From: Cycas panzhihuaensis | Lineage: Eukaryota > Plantae > Cycadophyta | Assembly: GCA_023213395.1 (NCBI GenBank) | Contig: CM041465.1 | Location: forward strand, 67,215,741 to 67,279,740 | Direction: 5' to 3' | DNA: 64,000 nucleotides | Shown here: in pieces, positions 55,948 through 64,000 of the stretch | Layout: the number at the start of each line of letters is the position of its first letter | Position numbering within the stretch: position 1 is the stretch's first letter | The notes under the pieces: generated by a model | What the model saw: the letters and a program-made list of their open reading frames with translations, nothing else | Databases searched by the model: none | What the model was told of the DNA's origin: nothing | Translations under genes and position numbers: made by a program

Positions 55948-56114
55948 CTGCTACACAATTTTGAAAGACACCTGCAATAGTCGTATATGGCACTTGGCAA
56001 TAAACACAACTTATATTATTATAAATAGGTGTGAATTTTCAACATTTCACTATATATTATATTATTACCGACTTATTCTCGTACCATCGTACCGTATCAT
56101 CGCAGAGTACTTAC
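55948..56114 (-). other. Putative 5'UTR intron of the F-box gene
   Basis: Donor GTAAGT at 56114-56109. Acceptors TAGCAG|G (55948) and TTGCAG|G (55972) lie just upstream of the ATG. Confidence 0.5.
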
Positions 56115-57239
56115 GTTTTGGCGAGGGTTATTAAAGTTTATGACATTAAGGAAATCGCCAATGGTCAAGTGCTTTGCATGAAAAATCATGGAAAATCCCA
56201 CCCATTTCTTGGCCAAAGAAAGCTCCAACTAAATAATCCAATTTCAACAAACAAACATAGTCCAAGATAAATTTGACTTATCAAATATTCTTTTAGGAAC
56301 AAAATCACCGTACCACATACACTCTATGGAGATTTTATCAATCAATTTAAATACATTGCAAACCACCACATAGTCTTTACAAAAGTGCACTTGGCCAAGC
56401 CCCTTAGTGAGCAAATTAGTGTATGCATTGGAGAGAAACTATTAGTCCATAAGTTCTATTATCTTAACATTTTAAATCCTCATTTAAAGTTATGAAAAGA
56501 TTGAATATTGCCTTAAATTTTGAATAATGACGAGGGAAGGGTCTTATGCTTCTACTTGTCTTTCTCACCTCTTCAATTAGCAAGTACCTTCTCTAATATC
56601 ATTAAAGACACTCAATTGCCTCTCATAGCCTTGACCAATGTTGGATGATCATGTCTTAGTCGAGAAAATATAATTGTATTCACATTAGTCAAAGTCCAAC
56701 TTGTTTAAGAATCTTATCCCCTAGGAAGACTAAATTAGTCATGCAAGATGGTTGCTCTAGCAAAGAAGTATGCAAAGTATGAACTACTTTACTACACTAA
56801 ATTACATTGAAATTATTATTTTAATGGAGAAGATATGTTGAATGTTAACCTAAAAGATATACTCCCATAGTAATATGCATGGATGTTCATTATCTGTGAT
56901 GCACAATTTCATCAACAATTATTTCATTGTTGAAGTTGGTATACTCAATCTTTTAGTTCTTTAAGAGTGTAAAGTTTACATCATAAAATTGATATATCAC
57001 TTGGTAAATCTAAGGATCAAATGGTTTCATATCTTTATACTATAACCCTAATATGAGTGACACTATGCATTTCTTTACATCATGGTTAAAGATCTCCTCC
57101 CTTGCTTTCATTCAGATCCTACATTTCATAGAGCCTAGGTTGTTCTCTATGTGCAAAATTTTTTATTGGTAGTCTAAGCATTTTTGCCTCCATTAAGTTC
57201 TTTGTGAGGACCACCATGTAGAGAATGCTTCCAACTATT

Positions 57240-57310
57240 CCCTCCTTTGGCTAATTAGGTGATTTTAACATGACAAAATTCTTGTATGATAGAGAAGGAG
57301 GACTAGCCTT
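57240..57310 (+). pseudogene. LINE (L1-like) endonuclease remnant
   Basis: WLI-GDFNMT....DREGG motif with a frameshift; extent unknown. Confidence 0.45.
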
Positions 57311-60204
57311 TAATTACATCAAGCTTGAATTCCTAGTCTATTCAAGATTTCAAGAATATTTCAATCTCTTTAAACCTTATATGTTTGTATCCAATGTGTT
57401 GAGACTAATGTATAGATCCTACGATGACTCTATTGCTACTAAATCGCAAGGCAATATAATGTCAATCATAACATTTCCCTATGTTTGTCTCTTTTACTAT
57501 AGGATTTAAGTAAAAGTCATTCTAAAAGCTCTTTTATCAAGTTTAATAATTTCCTTTGACATACTTTGGTTACTACAATGGTTTTAAATAACTTTAAAAC
57601 CTTGTCCCTAGACCTGTTGATCAAACATAATGGTTTTGCGGTGGGAGTTAGCCATTTCTACATCCATATCTTGGTGAAGAGGGCTTAGTAAGTAGATGGC
57701 CAAGATTCATCAAAGAAGAGAGCTCAAAGTTATGAAAGAGGCATCATATACAAGTCCTAGATTTATTAACATAGAGAAAGATAGGCTACGTGAATTAAGT
57801 ATGAAGGCAATTAGACCATAAGCAATGCCTACTCTAGTGGCCAATTATTAGGGACTTGTATCAAAAAGACTTTTAGTTAATCAAGGCTACACATCCCTAA
57901 CTACCCTTACGCAAATTTCAAGGGATAAATAAAGAAACAACCTGTCTTAGCTTTCTATTCTAGCTAACCAAGGAATTACCACTTGACAAACTTTTAACAA
58001 CTATAAGGCTACCTAACAACCTTAGGTTGAATCCCAAAGCAAGTCGATCCCTCCTAGTAATTATGGCTTTAACACTAGATATGATAGAAAATCGAATCAA
58101 GGGAATAAGACCAACATGCTTACTAAAGCAAGTTGATGGCTCCCAAGGGGTGAATTAATCTAAGATGATAAAAGCATAAAGGCAAAAGTGAAAATAAAGT
58201 AGCAAACACGTAATAACTATAAAATAAATAATAAATTATTGCTAGTATAATAGATCATGGACCCAAACATTATATGTCAATTCCAATTCTCATTTTTTTT
58301 ATTATGATTGAAATAAAGTAACTCAAATGAGGTATGATATGACAATGATCCTCTTAAGGAATATAGGAGTAGAATGAACCTATATACTAAGGTCATATCT
58401 CTAATTCCCTACTAGGAAGCTTATAGTAAATGGCGCTAGAAGGTAGACAACTAGTAAATAGTAGCCCTGGATATGAGTAGTGAACTAAAATAGAAATTAT
58501 GTCAAAATCATACAGTTGAACATGCTAAAATAAAAATTTTAAGAAAAAGGAAATAATGAAGGGATAATTACGTGGAAACTATCACTGTGGATTTGTCTTT
58601 AAGGGTAATCCCTTACTACATTTATTTATCTACCTTCTACTACATCTAACTCTCAGACCATGTTGACATAAATATTCATTTATCATGGCTACAAGATCTA
58701 AGAAATCAACAAGCACACATGAATTTTCAAAAATAAAACAAAATTAAATAATAAACGAGGCTATTAGAGAAGTTAGTGCATTTGTCCTACAAGAAATAGT
58801 GTATAATATTACAATTAGAAACAAAGCAATAAAAGAGTTCCTAAAAATAAAAGAAAATGTTTCTAATGAATCCTTAGACAAAGGATGGTGATCATATAGC
58901 AACTAACAACTCATGGGGAACCCTATTTCAGAGTATTATAGGTATATTTCCACCTTTAGTAATAGGGTTCTCACATCATGAGATTGTGAGGTTAACTATA
59001 TGTTTTTAGGATTTATTTCCAATGTGTTTAACAAATAGTACAGGGGTTTTGTTGCCTGTGATGTGTAGATTAATTTATTTTATTAATTATAGTGAATGTA
59101 GGTTTGGTTTCTATAAATGACTATCAAGGTTTTAAAGTGCATAAAGTTAAGTTTTTACTTTTTTTTTCTTTGTTCTTTATAATAAAGTTTTAATCATAAG
59201 ATTAAAATAACTCAAAACTAAAATAGGATAATACAAATCAAATGGAGCAAAATGAGTGGGCAACCTAGGATTTAAGAGGTTGATTTATCTATGAGAGAAA
59301 TATGACCCCATTGTTTAGGGTAAAAATAACTCCAAGTGATGTCTACAATCTCAAATTCTCTACTTATTACCTCTTTGCACTAGAAAAGCTACTCCCAACC
59401 CTATCTTTCACTTATACTTAACCCACAACCAAATGTATTAATCTTGGTCATTCCTTAAGTGAAGTTTTATTACATCTATAGGAAAACTTGTTGACCACCT
59501 TTAACTAAAGTGTAATCAATTAAATACTAGAATTGTGGTTCTAATGACTCAAATATTTCCATGCATAAACACCATGCTATACACATCAAAGTTTAAAACC
59601 ATCTTGAGCCATTCTTATATTTTAAGGAAAAATCATGTATCCTCTATCAAAGAGGCACTTAGTGTTATTTCTAGTTGAGGGAAAAGAGGGGAAGCCTATT
59701 AACAAACAATTATTTTATTAATTCCTATTAACTAACTTGATGAACCACCTAGGTCCCATGATCCATAATGCAGCATGCTTTCACCATGTTTTGTTATTTT
59801 TCTTCCTTGGAGATTATGAAGCATTGGTAGGCCTTAGAAGGACTTTGGATTGACATTCAAGTAGTAGTATGTTTCTAGTTTGTATAAGGGTTTCTCCCAA
59901 AATCTCCTCTATCTCTAGATGAAGTCTTGAATCCCTTTATAATTGTGAGCTTTCCACTTTACTGATGTAACCTCTTTGCCTTCCAATATACTTTCCATAA
60001 ATCTTCATTCTCCATCAATATGTTTCTTAGTGGATATACCATCTTTTTAAGTCTCTGTTTAAATCAATATTCCTCTCATTACAAACTAATGATCTAATAT
60101 GTGTTGTCTATTTGAATGGTACTGTCTCTCAAGTCACTCAACTAATGTGATCCTATCCCCATTCAATAGCTCTTTATTTAATGCTTGAATGATTATTTAT
60201 TCTC

Positions 60205-60992
60205 TTCTAAGCACCTTCATCTCACACTTCATGTCCTTGTGTTTTTGTGTTTGAGCTCCATAAGGTCTCATCCTTCCTACATTATAGGTCTCATACTCAA
60301 TGATGCATTCATCCATCATTCCTAAATGCCTCCCTCCCACCATTTTGAGGCTCAATATGGGAAACTTATAATTTCATCTAAAAGTACCAAAATTTATCCA
60401 ATCTTTGAAGATAAAACTATTTGAGAAGGGATGGTATGTTATGTCTTATATCACAATGATAATGTACTTAAAGAAGTTGGCTAAACAACATCTTGTGGAA
60501 GTCAATAGCATGTCTCCAATTATAAATAGAAGCATAAAGGTTGAAGTATTCCTTGTATTATCTTAAAGTTTTACTCTTTAGGAGGCTTAATCCTTTATTC
60601 TAAGCACCTTCATCTCACACTTTATGTCCTTGTGTTTTTTGTGTTTGACCTCTATAAGGTCTCATCCTTCCCATATTATAGGTATTACACTTAATGATGC
60701 ATTAATCCATCATTCCTAAAGGCCTTCCTTCCACCATTTTGAGGCTCAATATGGGAACCTTACAACTTCATCTAAAAGTACCAAAATTTATCCAATCTTT
60801 GAAGACAAAACTATTTGAGAAGGGATGGTATGTTATGTCTTATATCACAACGATAATGTACTTAAAGAATTTGGCTAAACAACATCTTCTAGAAGTCAAT
60901 AGCATGACTGTAATTATAAATAGAAGCATAAAGGTTGAAGTATTCGTAGCATTCTCTTAATGTTTTACTCTTTAGGAGGCTTAATCCTTTAT
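60205..60992. repeat. Tandem duplication, two ~393-bp units
   Basis: TTCTAAGCACCTTCATCTCACACTT starts at 60205 and 60598; the units are colinear with scattered mismatches. Confidence 0.95.
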
Positions 60993-61649
60993 TTATGCTT
61001 TCAGAGATGGGACCTCCAACTTGAAGTTTAGTAACATTCTTATCAAAATGCTATAAGTCCCCTTTTGTTTCAAAGCAATGGCAATTTTATTTCCTTTCTA
61101 AATTGGATATGATTATAAGGTCAACTCAATGGTGATTTGGATGCACATGCAATATCTAATCTACCTCTCTTGATCATGGGATGTTAAAAGGCATGTAAAA
61201 ATTAAGGAACTAAAGGAGAATGTAATCATGAGTTAGAAGTTGGTAGTTTCTTATATTTTTGGAAGCCTTTTCCTATGGAAAAAGAGTTCATAAAAGAAAG
61301 AGCAACACACATTTTGTCAACATAAAAGATTAAGGGTGACAAAGAACTATTAGAGTTCTTAAATAAATAATAATATTTGCCCCTTGATCTTCTAATAAAT
61401 AATCATTAAAAAGAAAATTATTCTTTAATTTTAGGCTCAAATGAACACAATAAAAAATGCACTCAATTGTAGGCACCAGATGTTTTGTATGGGGATATTT
61501 CAAGCTATGTGACATATGAAGAGGAATATACACAAGTGGAATAATGTCATCATCAAAAGATAGAGCTAAGTTGACTAGTTGGGAATGTCCAAGTGACCTA
61601 AAGAAATGCTAAATAAATCTCTTATGTGATATCTTTATTAATCTTTCTC

Positions 61650-61950
61650 TTTAAAAGATTGAGATTAAAGTTATCTAGGGAGTTTGATATGGGAGGAAAT
61701 TTATTTATAAAAATCATAATAGTCTACAATAAATTACAAAATTCAACATACCACCATGTAGATTCATTATTAACATCGGCTTGGGTTATACCATGTGAAG
61801 GTTCCTATATATATGACCTTGTATATATTAGAAACAATTTGAAACATGGTTGCTACCCTAAGATGGTGCACCCTACTCTTTTCTTCTATAATACAATGAG
61901 GCATAATGATTTTAACATGGATGTTCTTTAATATCAAAATGGATTACACT
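61650..61950 (+). pseudogene. Ancient Copia RT remnant
   Basis: LKLSREFDM and GSYIYDLVYIRNNLKHG (cf. GSLMYAMVCTRPDISHA). Confidence 0.45.
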
Positions 61951-64000
61951 TTCTTAATCTACATCAAATCCATAAAGAATAAACTAAACTCATACCTTAG
62001 TATGAAGGACTTATAGGTTTGGTCAAAGCATTAGAAAATATTGTTGTTGTGGAGATACTCTAAAGATGCATATGGAAACACACTCTCCAAAAGGAAACAT
62101 GAAACATGCCCTTTAGCAAATCTAGTTTGTCATGAAATTTCAAATTCACTCTAATAGTATTTTAAATTATTTATAATAACTTATTCAGAATTGTGAAATC
62201 ATATAGGATATTATATATTCACATGATTAATCAAATATATCATGAACATAATAAATGAAAAAGATAAAGGCATAATAGATAATAATACAAACATCATATA
62301 TACATCATCTTTAGTGTGGAAAACCCATGAATGGGAAAAACAACCTCTAAATGTTTATGAGATACCATGTCAAGATGAATAATGATGAGTCATTCTATCC
62401 TTAAAGGGATGAATATATGATTTGGTTTTGTTTACAATAAATATTGTCCTTATATATATGCATAATCTCATTATCAACTAATCATATCTTACTATTATAT
62501 CAACCAATATGATCATGTGTATAGAACCTCTCACATCATCCAAAAATAACTTTAACCTATTAACCACTAATTAAATATTACTCATTGATATTCCTACATT
62601 TCAACATTCTAACGCTTCAAGATTTAAATATTCCAATACTTCCCCTTAATGTTTAATTCTAAACTTTTAAATGTCTTTATGTCTTCGACCTATATTTTAA
62701 TCTTCATGTCTTCATATCTTCATACTAGATCACTCACTCATGTGTATCTTCATTTTACATGTATCACCTATAAATTAATCTATGAAACTTATCTTCATCA
62801 TATGTGTCTCCAACAAGTAAATGTTGATAACAATGCATCATATCAACCTATAATCAAATATATAAAACTAACCACCTATGAAACCTATAAACCATCATCA
62901 ATCAACCAATAAATAACCATAATTTCTGACTTTTAACTTATCATGATATATGAAGTTTTACTCCTCATTAACTTCATATCTTCACGCGTAAAGCTAAAGT
63001 AATCAACACTTTCAACTTTGTCAACTCAAAATCTTGTAAACCAAAATGATTATTAATGTTTATATAAAATAATAACCATTTATCAAAATGCATAGATAAC
63101 TGACCTTTGTAATCATTAGTTCTGTAAGAAGCGTTTCTTATACATGGTTTATTAGCATATGAAGTAAAATATCAAAACAACATTAGGTATTAGGCCAATA
63201 TGTTATACAAGAGTAACATCATTCTATCTTATATCTTGCATACAAGAAAACTTGTATGTGTTACCACCATTGATGTTTTTGCACACATCGTTTGTAGCTT
63301 TTGTTTAGCAAACAAATAATCTCACCAATAAACTAAACTAAACAACTATCTTTAGGAATAGGGCATACCACCTAGCCATGTCAAGCTAGTTATAATAAGG
63401 TAATATAAAGAATATGTTTCCATGCCTCTTATCATATAGGAAATGTCAAAGTTCTTATTGATAACAATATATTAACTATAATTATTAATAATTAAATTTT
63501 GGTATGCTAAGTTATAAATATATAAGACTTCTCCATGTCTCATAAACATATGGAAATAATTGAACAACTCAATAGCTAACTACAAACAATATACCCTTTA
63601 ATAACACCAATCAAGTGATGTAACTAAAAATCATTAATTCATATATATAGTTAACAAATTAGATGATCATATGCTCATTAAATCATTAAACGATGTTAAA
63701 TGTATTTTATTAATGATGTGCATGACTACATCAAAAGTGTTAATACTTAAGGGGAATCTTTAACATATCCAACACATATATATCCAATCAATATCAAACA
63801 GGTTCCCACTTTTTTTTCTTTTAACTTAGAATGTCATAAATAATCCTTGAATGTGTTTATTTTCAACCAAATTTAAATTTGTATTCATCATTAATCATCC
63901 ATTTATATCAACATAAACTCATAAGCCTTTGAAGTCTTCAAAAAATACCAAATCATCCTTCAAACTTCTCAAAATTTATAACTTTTAATATGTCAAAATT

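Noticed and set aside
62300-62530. Inverted Copia LTR fragment (GTGGAAAACCC..GGGAAAAAC)
   Set aside because: Single motif only; boundaries cannot be defined.

Overview
Repeat-dense land-plant genomic DNA (the retroelement types look gymnosperm-like; the host cannot be fixed from sequence alone). Positions 1-26.4 kb are the right halves of a four-deep nest: non-chromovirus Ty3/Gypsy element 1 sits in a Tork/Tnt1-like Copia, which sits in related Gypsy element 2, which sits in an inverted Gypsy gag-protease remnant that also carries a ~330-bp TRIM. The main observation is an accessory cassette between integrase and the 3' LTR in both Gypsy copies. It has a spliced antisense Plant Mobile Domain (PMD) gene, a cluster of CG-rich palindromes, a conserved TATA element and a stand-alone, divergently oriented archaeal-type RNase H (aRH) ORF; the visible part of pol has no aRH. 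The rest holds a full-length decayed Copia with TSD (37509-42767), an orphan last exon of an ABHD17-like hydrolase, an F-box pseudogene, a 393-bp tandem duplication and old chromovirus, Copia and LINE debris. No intact host gene is evident.
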